64,000 nt of DNA from Candidatus Omnitrophota bacterium (GTDB lineage Bacteria; Omnitrophota; Gorgyraeia; Gygaellales; Profunditerraquicolaceae). The notes beneath the pieces were generated by a model. The model searched no databases, was not told the DNA's origin, and saw nothing but the letters and a program-made list of their open reading frames with translations. The stretch is from positions 43-64,042 of the forward strand of contig JAQURX010000005.1 of assembly GCA_028715415.1 (NCBI GenBank), read 5' to 3'. Positions 1 through 9,037 of this stretch are shown here, piece by piece. The translations under genes and the position numbers were made by a program. The stretch's first letter is position 1; every line of letters begins with the position of its first letter.

Positions 1-1802
1 TCGCTGGTAAAATCGCGGATAATATCTATTTCAGAAAGTTTAACTTTGTATTGAACCATCTCTAAAGTAGTGTCAAGTATTGTGTTTAATTCAAGTAATT
101 CAAAATTCTCATCGCCGCGGCGGGAATATTTCAAAATTCCACGCACAACTTCCCCTCCCTGCACAACATTTGCCTGAATGCGTTCAAGGGCATGGTTTAT
201 GTCTTTAAGCATTTCTTTAACTTCGGGAGTGCATTTTGAAGTGTCTGTATTTACCAGAGTATTAATACTATCTCCTGCGATCAATGAAAGAGCGTAGAAA
301 CGGTTATTTATTTGATGTGATAATCCATCGGCCATGGTCCCGATTGTTGCCATTTTCTCTGCCTGTCCGATTTGCTCCTGCATTTCTTTTGTTTCAGCAT
401 AGAACTGCGCGTTCTCAATTGCAAGCGCTGCCTGGCTTGCAAGCACTTGGAATACATTAAGGTCGTCAATTGTAAAAATCTCTCCTGAAATTTTATCTCC
501 TAAAACAAAAAATCCCATGAATTTATCTTCCAGAAAGCTCGGGATAATTACCGAAGCGTCAAGCAGATGCATTTTTTCTTCTAATATCTTAAAAGTTACT
601 TCATTGGTGTCTTGGGCTTGGCGTTTAATTTCTTCGTAAACAAGCGGCTCGCGCTTAACCATAATCCATGAAACAAGAGTATTGTCGGAAGAAATTTTCT
701 GAATCGGCACCCTTCCTTTATCCCGGCAAACTTGCAAGACATATTCATCTGCCTGCCGGTCGTAAAGATAGGCCGAGAAATAGGAAATTTTGACGGTTTT
801 GGTCATAATGTGCGCAATTAGGTTAAGGAGTTTGTTTAGGTTGCGCACGCGAGTCATGCCGAGTGAAGCCTGTTTTAAGGTTTGCTGATAGCGTCGTTGC
901 TCTTTAAGCAGGCGGTCCTCTGCTCTTCTTTGGATGTAGATATAAAGGAACGGGCCAACAGTGGCTAAGAGGGTTAACAAGCCAAACGGCACAATCCACC
1001 ATTGTGAACCAAGCATATCAACAAGCCAGCTTTTAAGCCAAATAGTCGCTGCGAAAGGTATGCCGAGAACGAGGGTGTAAACAGCGATAAATACGCCTGC
1101 TCGGGTGATGGCTATGGAAACATCCATAAGTCTATATCTAAACATTGCATAAGCAAAAATAAAAGGATATAGTCCGATAAGAATGTTTGAATAAGGATAA
1201 ACAGGTAATCCAAATATAATATATAAGAACATTCCTTCTGGTCCTAGCCAGCCAATTACTGATCCGATTAAGAAATATTTTAGCTGATTGCTTTGGCTTC
1301 CGTTAGTACTCCCCCTGTAAAGATTGAATATTAGAAAGAAAGTATAAAAGAGGATTAAATTATAAAAAATAATATAATAAATCAGGTAAAGTGGATTAAT
1401 CTTTAGATTTAAAACAAAGAAATAAAATTGATTAAAGGAATATTCTAAAAGAATAAAATCTTTTTTAAAGAAAATTAAGTAAAGAGATAGGATAGTTAAA
1501 ATATAAACTAAAATGATTTGAAATGTTCTACGTTTTGTTTTGGTAAGTATTAGCGCGTAATGAATGAAAAAAGTGCAGGTTAATGTTACTCCTATATGTG
1601 CTATTTTAGTCCAATATAAGGCAATTTCTTTTGAATTAGTAGTTGAAAACTTGTAAGCACCTAAAGCCCAAATTGCACAAGCAACGCAAACCATACCCCA
1701 GACATTAGAAAGGCGCTTATTTTTGCCTTTTGTAAATGTGAAAATAGCAATAAAAGAATTTGTAATTAATGTGAATATACAGGACCAAGCAAATAGGTTC
1801 AT
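1..1802 (-). CDS. Sensor histidine kinase, N-terminal portion (multi-TM membrane domain + GAF-like + HisKA H-box); C-terminal ATPase lies beyond the window edge
   Basis: Manual reverse translation from ATG at 1802 gives an open frame to position 1. N-terminus is hydrophobic and helix-rich (MNLFAWSCIFTLITNSFIAIF..., IGLYPFIFAYAMF...). It is followed by a GAF-like region and the H-box IGTMADGLSHQINNRFYALS. Not in the ORF track because the stop is outside the window. Confidence 0.65.
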   Translation of the reverse strand, partial: MNLFAWSCIFTLITNSFIAIFTFTKGKNKRLSNVWGMVCVACAIWALGAYKFSTTNSKEIALYWTKIAHIGVTLTCTFFIHYALILTKTKRRTFQIILVYILTILSLYLIFFKKDFILLEYSFNQFYFFVLNLKINPLYLIYYIIFYNLILFYTFFLIFNLYRGSTNGSQSNQLKYFLIGSVIGWLGPEGMFLYIIFGLPVYPYSNILIGLYPFIFAYAMFRYRLMDVSIAITRAGVFIAVYTLVLGIPFAATIWLKSWLVDMLGSQWWIVPFGLLTLLATVGPFLYIYIQRRAEDRLLKEQRRYQQTLKQASLGMTRVRNLNKLLNLIAHIMTKTVKISYFSAYLYDRQADEYVLQVCRDKGRVPIQKISSDNTLVSWIMVKREPLVYEEIKRQAQDTNEVTFKILEEKMHLLDASVIIPSFLEDKFMGFFVLGDKISGEIFTIDDLNVFQVLASQAALAIENAQFYAETKEMQEQIGQAEKMATIGTMADGLSHQINNRFYALSLIAGDSINTLVNTDTSKCTPEVKEMLKDINHALERIQANVVQGGEVVRGILKYSRRGDENFELLELNTILDTTLEMVQYKVKLSEIDIIRDFTS

Positions 1803-1808
1803 TTTTAG

Positions 1809-3245
1809 TTATAATTTATCACTAAACGTACTTAAAATATTTTTTGCCGTAATTCTACCAGAAACAGCTACTGTTGAAATCCCTCCTTGTCCTGCCCCTC
1901 TAGTGCACCAATGACCTGCAAGATAAAGATTTTTTACTGAAGTTTTTTGCGGAATTAAATTGCCCTTAGTTTGATTTTTTGTAGAAGCCCACCCAAAAGC
2001 AGCTCCATTCCTATTTAAAGTGTATCTATGGAAAGTACAAGGAGTGGCTGTTTCAATTAAATCGATATTTTCTTTGAGGTCGTCCACTATCCTATTAGAA
2101 ATGTCTATTAGTTTGTTTGTTAATTGACCTCTTTTTTGTTTCCAAAAATTCTGATTTTCAAAAGTAGCCATTGTAAATATTTCAATAGTATTTTTTTGAG
2201 ATTTAACTAAAGACTTGTCTTTTGAAGAAGGAAAAGACACTAATAAGCCACTAATTATATTTTCTTTTAAGTTGGTTCTTAAATTCTTGTAACAATTTTC
2301 AATATTGTTTTCTGAAAAATACCAAATATTAGAGCAGTTGTTAGAGGTCTCTTTTAGGTCTTTTTTTATTCCCAAGTAGACTGCAAACACTGAATTTGAA
2401 GGCTTAAGTCTATCTACCGTTTTTCTTTCCTTAGTTTTGGTTTTAATTAATTTCTTAAAAGTTAAGGTAGCATCACAAGCAGAAACTGTTCTTTTAGAAT
2501 AAATCTTTTCTTTGGATACCAACTCTACTCCTATAGCAATGTTATCTTTAACTAAGATTTTAATGACTTCTTTTGAAAGAATAATTTCTCCCCCAAGTGA
2601 TTTAAATCTTTTTACGAATGCTTCAGTAAAATCTTGCATTCCTCCTCTTGGATAGTATCCCGGGTCTAGTATGAATTCATTAAAGAATACAATAGCGATG
2701 ATAGCAGGAATTTTACTTGGTGGTAAACCCATATTGCCTAATAAAAGCAATCCAATTGATGATTTTAAATTAATATCCTTAAAGAAATAATCAAGCAAAT
2801 CTTTTGTGCTTAAGTTTTTAGTCGCTTTAAATTGAAGAAAAATTTCTTTTTTAGAAATGAACTTAAAAAAACGTTCAATATTATTTTTTTCTTTTGGAAA
2901 ACTTTTTTTAAATTCATTAATTGTGTCAAAATAATTTTTTCTAATGTAAGTAATTGAATCAGGTAGGATTATTTTATCAGCCGGATCAAATTGATTAAAT
3001 TTTATTATATTGGTTAGATCGAGTTCTTTAATAATTTGGTTTAGCGATCCATGTTTTATCCCGCCAATATAGTGGATAGATGTGTCAAATTTATAACCTT
3101 TTCGCGTGAAAGAAGTGCAATAGCCACCTGCCATTGAGTGTTTTTCAACAATTAACACTTTCAACCCAGCTTTAGCAAGATAACACCCGCAAGTAAGGCC
3201 CCCGATTCCCGCTCCAATTATTACTACATCGTATTTGTTTTTCAT
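1809..3245 (-). CDS. FAD-dependent oxidoreductase, phytoene desaturase (CrtI)/amine-oxidase family
   Basis: N-terminal dinucleotide fold DVVIIGAGIGGLTCGCYLAKAGLKVLIVEK and C-terminal YLAGHWCTRGAGQGGISTVAVSGRITA typical of the CrtI family; 478 aa. Confidence 0.7.
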   Translation of the reverse strand: MKNKYDVVIIGAGIGGLTCGCYLAKAGLKVLIVEKHSMAGGYCTSFTRKGYKFDTSIHYIGGIKHGSLNQIIKELDLTNIIKFNQFDPADKIILPDSITYIRKNYFDTINEFKKSFPKEKNNIERFFKFISKKEIFLQFKATKNLSTKDLLDYFFKDINLKSSIGLLLLGNMGLPPSKIPAIIAIVFFNEFILDPGYYPRGGMQDFTEAFVKRFKSLGGEIILSKEVIKILVKDNIAIGVELVSKEKIYSKRTVSACDATLTFKKLIKTKTKERKTVDRLKPSNSVFAVYLGIKKDLKETSNNCSNIWYFSENNIENCYKNLRTNLKENIISGLLVSFPSSKDKSLVKSQKNTIEIFTMATFENQNFWKQKRGQLTNKLIDISNRIVDDLKENIDLIETATPCTFHRYTLNRNGAAFGWASTKNQTKGNLIPQKTSVKNLYLAGHWCTRGAGQGGISTVAVSGRITAKNILSTFSDKL

Positions 3246-3847
3246 TTTATATGTTTAACTGCTTCTATGCTATTTTTGCGAATAGAACGTTTGCCTTTTT
3301 CCGCTGGATAACCAAAGGTCAGAATTGCTATTAATTCTTTATCGGTTTTAAGTAGTTTATTAATTCCTTCTTTGCAAAATAGAGGAGTGTCAAGCCAGCA
3401 GGAGCCAATTCCACAAGATTCAGCACCAAGAATCATATTTTGGATGGCCGCAGAAATTGCGCTAAATTCAGCCTTCTTGATTATGCCTGAAAACCTTGAG
3501 TAAATTTCTTTAAATCTATTTTTCATTTTATCCATATCTCCGGAATTATATACTGCAATTGTAACAGGAGCTGACTTAATTATATTTGATGCGGAGTGAA
3601 GTAAAATATTAACTCCTGCTCCGGAATTCTTGGATTTTTTCAAAACGATTTCCGATAGTTGTTTTTTTATCGATTTATTTGTTATTACTACAAAAAACCA
3701 AGGTTGGATTCTTAGGAAGCTTGGAACTGACGGCCCCCAGATCCCCGCCTCAATAATCTTATCCAAGATTTTCTTAGGGATGGATTTGTTTTTATATTTT
3801 CTTACTGTCGCGCGCTCTTTGATAAGTTTGAGTACATCAGTTTTCAT
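3242..3847 (-). CDS. Nitroreductase-family flavoprotein
   Basis: 201 aa; ATVRKYKNKSIPKKILDKIIEAGIWGPS N-terminal nitroreductase signature; 4-nt ATGA overlap with the downstream gene suggests translational coupling. Confidence 0.65.
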   Translation of the reverse strand: MKTDVLKLIKERATVRKYKNKSIPKKILDKIIEAGIWGPSVPSFLRIQPWFFVVITNKSIKKQLSEIVLKKSKNSGAGVNILLHSASNIIKSAPVTIAVYNSGDMDKMKNRFKEIYSRFSGIIKKAEFSAISAAIQNMILGAESCGIGSCWLDTPLFCKEGINKLLKTDKELIAILTFGYPAEKGKRSIRKNSIEAVKHIK

Positions 3848-3873
3848 ACAAAACCTTCCGTGGCTGGTGAAGA

Positions 3874-5133
3874 TTAAATTTTCTTAGCAAACCATTTTGT
3901 CATTGCTATTAGTGGAAGCATTGGCGGCAGGCCCGGAGCAAATGGCAATACACTGGCATCGCAGACAAAAAGATTCTTTAGTTTTGTTTCTAAGTTGTTA
4001 TCTACAACTTTTCCAATAGCCGCAGTTCCACCCGGATGCGCGCCTTTTAATTTTGTGACAAATATGTTCTTTGGGTCAACTCCGCATTCAACAAGAATTG
4101 TTTTGGCAATATCTCTTCCTTTTTTTAGTTTTCTTAGGTCGTTTTCTGTAGGGGCTTTGGATATTGTGCCATCAGGATAAACTTTTCCAATAGAATCGTC
4201 ATTAATCTTTGTCATGATTCCGATTAATTTTCTTCTTTTGAAAATGTTTAGGTAGTCTTTTGGCTCTAATCCGGAGAATAAACCGATGCAATTAGGGTCT
4301 ACAAATGGCGACAATACAAATCCTTCGGTTTTGTGGAATTTAGTACAAACTACAGACATTGATAATTCTTTTGCCTGTGTAGAATCTTTTGCAACTCCAT
4401 AAGTCATATGAAACAAATCTACAAAAAGATTATCTCCAGCTTCAATCCCTGAATTTTGTAGAATTATTGGAGTTCCTATGCCTCCTGCGGAAAGGATGAT
4501 TTTGTCAGCAAAATACTTCTTTCCATTCTTTCCTTCTACTCCAGTGGCTTTCCCGCTTTCTTCAATAATCCTTTTAACTGAGAATCTAGTAATTAAATCA
4601 ATGCCTAGGTGTTTGATTTCCTCCCAGCATTTTTTTGCCGACCATTTTATGCCAAATTTGCACCCTTCAGAGCAATGTCCGCAGTCAAGGCATTTTCCCG
4701 TAATACTAAACTTAGGCATAGGGAACATCTCATAGCCAAGTTTATTCGCAGCATCCATTATCCTGTGCGAAGTTTTACCAATTTCAAGGCCGCTATCTCT
4801 GACAAAACATTCTTTTTTCGCCTCGGCAATTTCATCTTTGAAGTCAATGCTAAGTTGGTTGTATTCTTTGTCGGTGAAATCAACCGCGTTTCCGCAGCTA
4901 ACAATGCTTGTGCCTCCAACGCCGAAAACCCTAAAAATCGTAACTCCTTGGATACTTTTTGCAAGAGCAAATTTATCATAAAAAAGCGCAGCAGGAAAAA
5001 CCGAACCCAAGTTATTAATAATCCCGCCTTTTTCTAAAAGCAATACGGTTTTATTTTTTTTAACTAATTCTTTAGCAAGCACTAATCCGCAAAGCCCGGC
5101 TCCTACAATTATATAATCATATTTTTTTTCCAT
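3874..5133 (-). CDS. Compact GMC-family FAD oxidoreductase with inserted Cys-rich (CxxCxxCxxxC) motif
   Basis: N-terminal DYIIVGAGLCGLVLAKEL...LLEKGG, the central stretch VGGTSIVSCGNAVDF, and C-terminal GAHPGGTAAIGKVVDNNLETKLKNLFVCDASVLPFAPGLPPMLPLIAM match GMC N- and C-domains. An extra CLDCGHCSEGCKFG insertion is present. Only 419 aa. Confidence 0.55.
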   Translation of the reverse strand: MEKKYDYIIVGAGLCGLVLAKELVKKNKTVLLLEKGGIINNLGSVFPAALFYDKFALAKSIQGVTIFRVFGVGGTSIVSCGNAVDFTDKEYNQLSIDFKDEIAEAKKECFVRDSGLEIGKTSHRIMDAANKLGYEMFPMPKFSITGKCLDCGHCSEGCKFGIKWSAKKCWEEIKHLGIDLITRFSVKRIIEESGKATGVEGKNGKKYFADKIILSAGGIGTPIILQNSGIEAGDNLFVDLFHMTYGVAKDSTQAKELSMSVVCTKFHKTEGFVLSPFVDPNCIGLFSGLEPKDYLNIFKRRKLIGIMTKINDDSIGKVYPDGTISKAPTENDLRKLKKGRDIAKTILVECGVDPKNIFVTKLKGAHPGGTAAIGKVVDNNLETKLKNLFVCDASVLPFAPGLPPMLPLIAMTKWFAKKI

Positions 5134-5136
5134 TTT

Positions 5137-6201
5137 TCACCTCTGTTTTCTTAGGAAGTAAGTTAGTATTCTTTCTAAGAGGCTGTTGGTGATATTTGGC
5201 ATAGTAAAGCCACAACTTTTTAGTATCGCATTTGTATCAGTAGAGTCAAGATTTATTTTGAAATTTACCGAAAGGATTGTAGCGCGTAAAATTGCCTGTT
5301 GCGTAGGGGTAAACTTATCGGCAATAAATTCTTCCAAGCTTGTAATCTTGGGTTTTTTAAAGTTTGCCAGTTTAGCTGCAGTATTAATTATTGTTTCTAT
5401 TGGAACTAAATCTGTTGGGATAGGATGGAATGTCTTGTTTTTTTCTTTTGTGGTGTTTGCTAATACGTAAATCGCGTTTGCTGTTAGGTCAATCGGCACC
5501 AAGCTTAGGCGGGCGTCTTTAATCGGCAGAGTATCAAACAATTCAATCCTGCACAGGTTAATAAATTGATAGACGTGTTTAAATTGGAATGTTTTTCCTT
5601 CTATAGAATCTCCCATGATCATAGAAGGCCTAAATATATCAACCCAAAGCCCTTTTTTACGGAATTCTACCACAATTTTCTCTGCTTCAAACTTTGTTTT
5701 TTCGTAATTTGTATCAAACCCTTGTCCGACATCCAGATCCTTTTCGGTAAATTTATTATGATAATTACCGTAAACATAAGCTGTGCTGATGTGGTTGATT
5801 TTCTTGAGTAAGCCATTTTTTGCAAAACTATCGCTTAAATCAAGTATTCTTTTGGTGCCTGTAACATTTATATTGGTAATTTCATTTATTGGGCGGTTTA
5901 AATCTGTGATTGCGGCGCTATGATATATTTCTTCAACAGAATCCCGTAATTCCTGAAGCGTTTGATTACTCAACGCCAAGTTATCTTTACCGACATCTCC
6001 TTCTAAAATAACTAAATTATCGGGTTGAAATTTAGTATCCCAGAATTTTAACACTTCTAAGATTCTATTTTGTGAGGTTTTTTCTTTTGAACTTCTGGAA
6101 AGCGCAAAAACTTTATGGTTGTTCTCTAAGAATATTTTTAAGAGGTAGGAGCCAAGCAGCCCTGTTCCACCGGTGAGAAAAATTGTTTTTTGAGAGTTCA
6201 T
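5137..6201 (-). CDS. SDR-superfamily thioester reductase (R-domain / fatty acyl reductase-like) protein
   Basis: IFLTGGTGLLGSYLL...ALSRS...HSAA...NVTGT...YEKTK pattern matches the thioester-reductase / male-sterility NAD-binding family. ATG at 6201 (MNSQK) preferred over the TTG-extended track start at 6228. Confidence 0.6.
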   Translation of the reverse strand: MNSQKTIFLTGGTGLLGSYLLKIFLENNHKVFALSRSSKEKTSQNRILEVLKFWDTKFQPDNLVILEGDVGKDNLALSNQTLQELRDSVEEIYHSAAITDLNRPINEITNINVTGTKRILDLSDSFAKNGLLKKINHISTAYVYGNYHNKFTEKDLDVGQGFDTNYEKTKFEAEKIVVEFRKKGLWVDIFRPSMIMGDSIEGKTFQFKHVYQFINLCRIELFDTLPIKDARLSLVPIDLTANAIYVLANTTKEKNKTFHPIPTDLVPIETIINTAAKLANFKKPKITSLEEFIADKFTPTQQAILRATILSVNFKINLDSTDTNAILKSCGFTMPNITNSLLERILTYFLRKQR

Positions 6202-6211
6202 GAAATCGTTT

Positions 6212-7420
6212 TTATCCCGTTTTTCCAAAGACTATGCAGCAGTTGTTGCCGCCGAAGGCAAAGGCGTTGTTGAGTGCTGTGTTAATTTTAAGTTTTCTTG
6301 CTGTGTTTGGTACGCAGTCAATGTCGCATTCAGGGTCAGGTTCAGTAAAATTGATTGTCGGAGGCAAGACTCCTTCTTTAATCGCCATGCAGCATGCAGC
6401 TGCTTCAATGGCACTCGCAGCCCCCATGCAGTGGCCAAGCATTGATTTACTTGAGCTAACAGGTAGTTTTCTTTCTCCGAAAACTTCTTTTATGGCAGTA
6501 GATTCTTCTTTGTCATTTTGAGTTGTTCCTGTGCCATGGGCATTGATATAGTCAATATCATCCGGCTTAAGCCCGGAGTCGTTTATTGCTTTCTCCATTG
6601 CTTTTCTAATCCCTCTTCTTGCCGGGATAGTCATATGATGAGCATCGCAAGATAAGCCGGCTCCGAGAATCTCCGCGTATATGGGAGCTTTTCTTTCAAT
6701 AGCTTTTTCTAAGGGCTCTAGAATAAGAATGCCTGCGCCTTCCCCCAGAAGCATCCCTTTCCTGTTCTTGTCAAATGGGGCGCAAATATCAGGCGCCATC
6801 GCGTATAATTTCTGGAATCCTTGGTATGCAATCCTTGATAGTGCCTCAGCGCCTCCCGCAATCGCTAAATCTACCTGTCCGGTTTTGATTAAATCAAAGC
6901 CATAGCTTAGGCTATAATTTCCCGCAGAACAGGCATTGGGGATTAAAAGATTAGCCCCTTTTGTTTTAAAGAAATATCCGGTGTTTCTTGCAATTGAAGG
7001 AGAGAAAATATTAAGTAGGAATTTATTTGTCAGGCTGTCAGGGTCATTTTCCAAAATCATGTGTGATGACAGGTCTATAGTATTTCCTTCAGGAATAGTT
7101 ACGCCAATAACAAATGCCGGCTCTGTTTTTCTGATTGACGGGATGGGGATTTTTGCGTCTTTTAATGCAAGTTTTGTCGCGGCAATTGAAAAAACTGAAG
7201 CTCGCCCCATAAATTTCAGCATTTGTTTGGGGACAAAATCTTCGGGATTAAAGTTTTTTACTTCTCCCCCGTTTTTGCGGGTAAATTTGGAGGTGTCAAA
7301 CAAATCAACTTTGCTTATTCCGGACTTTCCTAAGATTAAATTCTTCCAAAAATCTTCTATTCCTATCCCAATTGAGGAAACAATTCCTAATCCGGTTACC
7401 ACAACTCTTCTATTCATCAT
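6212..7420 (-). CDS. fabF: Beta-ketoacyl-ACP synthase II-like condensing enzyme (intact Cys-His-His triad)
   Basis: Motifs PNACSAGNYSL (Cys), YINAHGTGTTQND (His) and KSMLGHCMGAAS (His). Start set at the MMNRR ATGs (7420/7417), because the track's MTPLI extension lies inside a repeat element. Confidence 0.8.
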   Translation of the reverse strand: MMNRRVVVTGLGIVSSIGIGIEDFWKNLILGKSGISKVDLFDTSKFTRKNGGEVKNFNPEDFVPKQMLKFMGRASVFSIAATKLALKDAKIPIPSIRKTEPAFVIGVTIPEGNTIDLSSHMILENDPDSLTNKFLLNIFSPSIARNTGYFFKTKGANLLIPNACSAGNYSLSYGFDLIKTGQVDLAIAGGAEALSRIAYQGFQKLYAMAPDICAPFDKNRKGMLLGEGAGILILEPLEKAIERKAPIYAEILGAGLSCDAHHMTIPARRGIRKAMEKAINDSGLKPDDIDYINAHGTGTTQNDKEESTAIKEVFGERKLPVSSSKSMLGHCMGAASAIEAAACCMAIKEGVLPPTINFTEPDPECDIDCVPNTARKLKINTALNNAFAFGGNNCCIVFGKTG

Positions 7421-7429
7421 AATTAATGG

Positions 7430-7494
7430 TGTCATTCCCGCGAAAGCGGGAATCTACGCTATTTTCTGGATCTTTGCTTTCGCAGGGATGACAA
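7430..7494. repeat. Palindromic repeat unit A (hairpin H1 + inverted diverged copy H2; tgtcat...atgaca termini)
   Basis: tgtcattcccgcGAAAgcgggaatctacg is a perfect 8-bp stem with a GAAA loop. The second arm ctggatctttgcTTTCgcagggatgacaa is a degenerate inverted copy. Copies recur at 16.5 kb and 52.3 kb. Confidence 0.8.
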
Positions 7495-7503
7495 TATTCA
7501 TCC

Positions 7504-7553
7504 GTCATTCCCGCCCCTGCTTCCGCAGGGGTAAACTCCAGTGGGAATCTACG
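7504..7553. repeat. Repeat unit B (H1 stem with nested inner hairpin cccctgcTTCCgcagggg)
   Basis: gtcattcccg cccctgcttccgcagggg taaactccag tgggaatctacg; a second copy at 16549 carries compensatory changes in the inner stem. Confidence 0.8.
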
Positions 7554-7566
7554 ACATAACCTTGTT

Positions 7567-8016
7567 TTATTCTTTTGGTTTGATTCCAAAGACGATGTTA
7601 GCTTCAACGACTGTTTCGTTATCAACTAATGCGCAGGCTTTGACAATTCCGGCGTTGCCAAGGATTTTCTCACCTTTTATCTTTAAAATTAACTGATCTC
7701 CGGGCCGCACCGGCTTTAAGAATTTAGATTCAACTCTACCTAAAAAGTATGTCGGGTGTTTTTCTGCGATTTCAGGTTTAAGTGCAGCAAAAAGAAGTAT
7801 GCTGGCCTGCGCAAGCGCTTCAATGATTACAACCCCCGGCAGGATAGGATTCCCCGGAAAGTGCCCCTGAAAAAAATAATCATTCATAGTGACATTTTTT
7901 AAGCAAGTAATTTCTCTTGAAGGCGCATTTATTTCAAGGACAGAATCAACAAAAAGAAAAGGGTATTTCTGCGGCAAGATTGATTGGATTTTATTTATAT
8001 CCCAGATAGCAGGCAT
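7567..8016 (-). CDS. fabZ: 3-hydroxyacyl-ACP dehydratase FabZ-like (hot-dog fold)
   Basis: FFQGHFPGNPILPGVVIIEALAQ active-site motif; 149 aa. Confidence 0.8.
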   Translation of the reverse strand: MPAIWDINKIQSILPQKYPFLFVDSVLEINAPSREITCLKNVTMNDYFFQGHFPGNPILPGVVIIEALAQASILLFAALKPEIAEKHPTYFLGRVESKFLKPVRPGDQLILKIKGEKILGNAGIVKACALVDNETVVEANIVFGIKPKE

Positions 8017-8017
8017 A

Positions 8018-8272
8018 TTATTTTTCTAGTAATGGCTGAAGGACTTTGTAAACATCGCCAAGGCTTCTTAAAGTAGGAATTTTCTCTTCAGGCACAACTA
8101 CCTTGTATTTCTTTTCAATGCTTGCGATAATTTCAAGCGCCATCATGCTGTCAATACCTAAGTCTTCTGAAAACTTAACATTTTCTAAAAGTTCTTTTTC
8201 TTCAACTTCGGTAATTTCAGCGACTAGTTTTTTTACCTCAAGCTTGATTTCCTCAAAATTCTTTTTAGCCAT
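8018..8272 (-). CDS. acpP: Acyl carrier protein
   Basis: 84 aa, phosphopantetheine attachment motif DLGIDSMMALEI. Confidence 0.85.
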   Translation of the reverse strand: MAKKNFEEIKLEVKKLVAEITEVEEKELLENVKFSEDLGIDSMMALEIIASIEKKYKVVVPEEKIPTLRSLGDVYKVLQPLLEK

Positions 8273-8289
8273 AGCCTCTCCCTTGGTTG

Positions 8290-9036
8290 TCAGATTGCCA
8301 AGCCACCGTCGATTTTAATTGCTTCGCCGGTAATGTAATTAGCTTTTTCCGATGCAAGAAAAACGCACAAGTTTGCCACTTCTTCGGCTTCGCCTAATCG
8401 TTTCACTGGTATGATTTTTAGAATTTCGGTTTTCATTTCTTCTCTCATCCCGCTTACCATATCTGTATTGATAAAGCCCGGACAGACAGCATTTACGGTA
8501 ATATTATATGCCGCTACTTCCTTTGCTAAAGCTTTTGTAAAGCCTATTATCCCTGCTTTTGAAGCGCTATAATTTGTCTGGCGCGGTAATCCGGTTATCC
8601 CGCTTACCGAGCTCATATTAATTATCTTGCCTGATTTTTGTTTCAACATTGTTGTTATGCAGGCCCGGCTCATGTTAAACGTCCCGCCGAGATTGGTTTC
8701 TAAAACATCTTTCCAGTCTTCCTGAGCCATCATTAACAATGCTTTATCTTTGGTAATACCTGCGTTATTGATGAGTATATCTATTTTTTGGAATTTTTCC
8801 ATAGTTTTTTCAATTACTTTCCGGCATTGCTCAAGGTCTCTGACATCTGTTTGTAAGCTGAGGCATTCAATATTTAATCCTTCAATTTCTTTTTTAAGTT
8901 TTTCCGCTTCCTCTATATTTTTATTATAAGTAAATACTACACTTGCTCCTGCTTTAGCAAGCGCAACACAGCAAGCCCTGCCGATTCCGCGAGAGCCGCC
9001 GGTAACAATCGCAATCTTTCCTTTTAATTCATTCAT
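8290..9036 (-). CDS. fabG: 3-oxoacyl-ACP reductase (SDR, FabG-like)
   Basis: KGKIAIVTGGSRGIGRA, NNAG and SxnY..K motifs. Start moved to MNELKGK (9036) to remove a 56-nt overlap of the track ORF with the upstream gene. Confidence 0.8.
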   Translation of the reverse strand: MNELKGKIAIVTGGSRGIGRACCVALAKAGASVVFTYNKNIEEAEKLKKEIEGLNIECLSLQTDVRDLEQCRKVIEKTMEKFQKIDILINNAGITKDKALLMMAQEDWKDVLETNLGGTFNMSRACITTMLKQKSGKIINMSSVSGITGLPRQTNYSASKAGIIGFTKALAKEVAAYNITVNAVCPGFINTDMVSGMREEMKTEILKIIPVKRLGEAEEVANLCVFLASEKANYITGEAIKIDGGLAI

Positions 9037-9037
9037 T

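Noticed and set aside
3874-5133. GMC enzyme interpreted as a fatty-acid photodecarboxylase-like alkane-forming enzyme partnering the AAR-like protein
   Set aside because: Attractive given the context, but the protein is far shorter than known photodecarboxylases and nothing in the sequence specifically supports it; the idea is kept only as a speculation within the cluster finding.
7421-7435. Track start MTPLI for the KS gene
   Set aside because: These codons fall inside the tgtcattcccgc repeat hairpin. The conserved KS N-terminus begins at MMNRRVVVTGLG, so the extension is most likely non-coding.
7430-7553. Direct or palindromic repeats considered as a CRISPR array
   Set aside because: Units occur singly or as two different modules, with no regularly spaced unique spacers, and copies are scattered at three distant loci. 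This is inconsistent with a CRISPR array.
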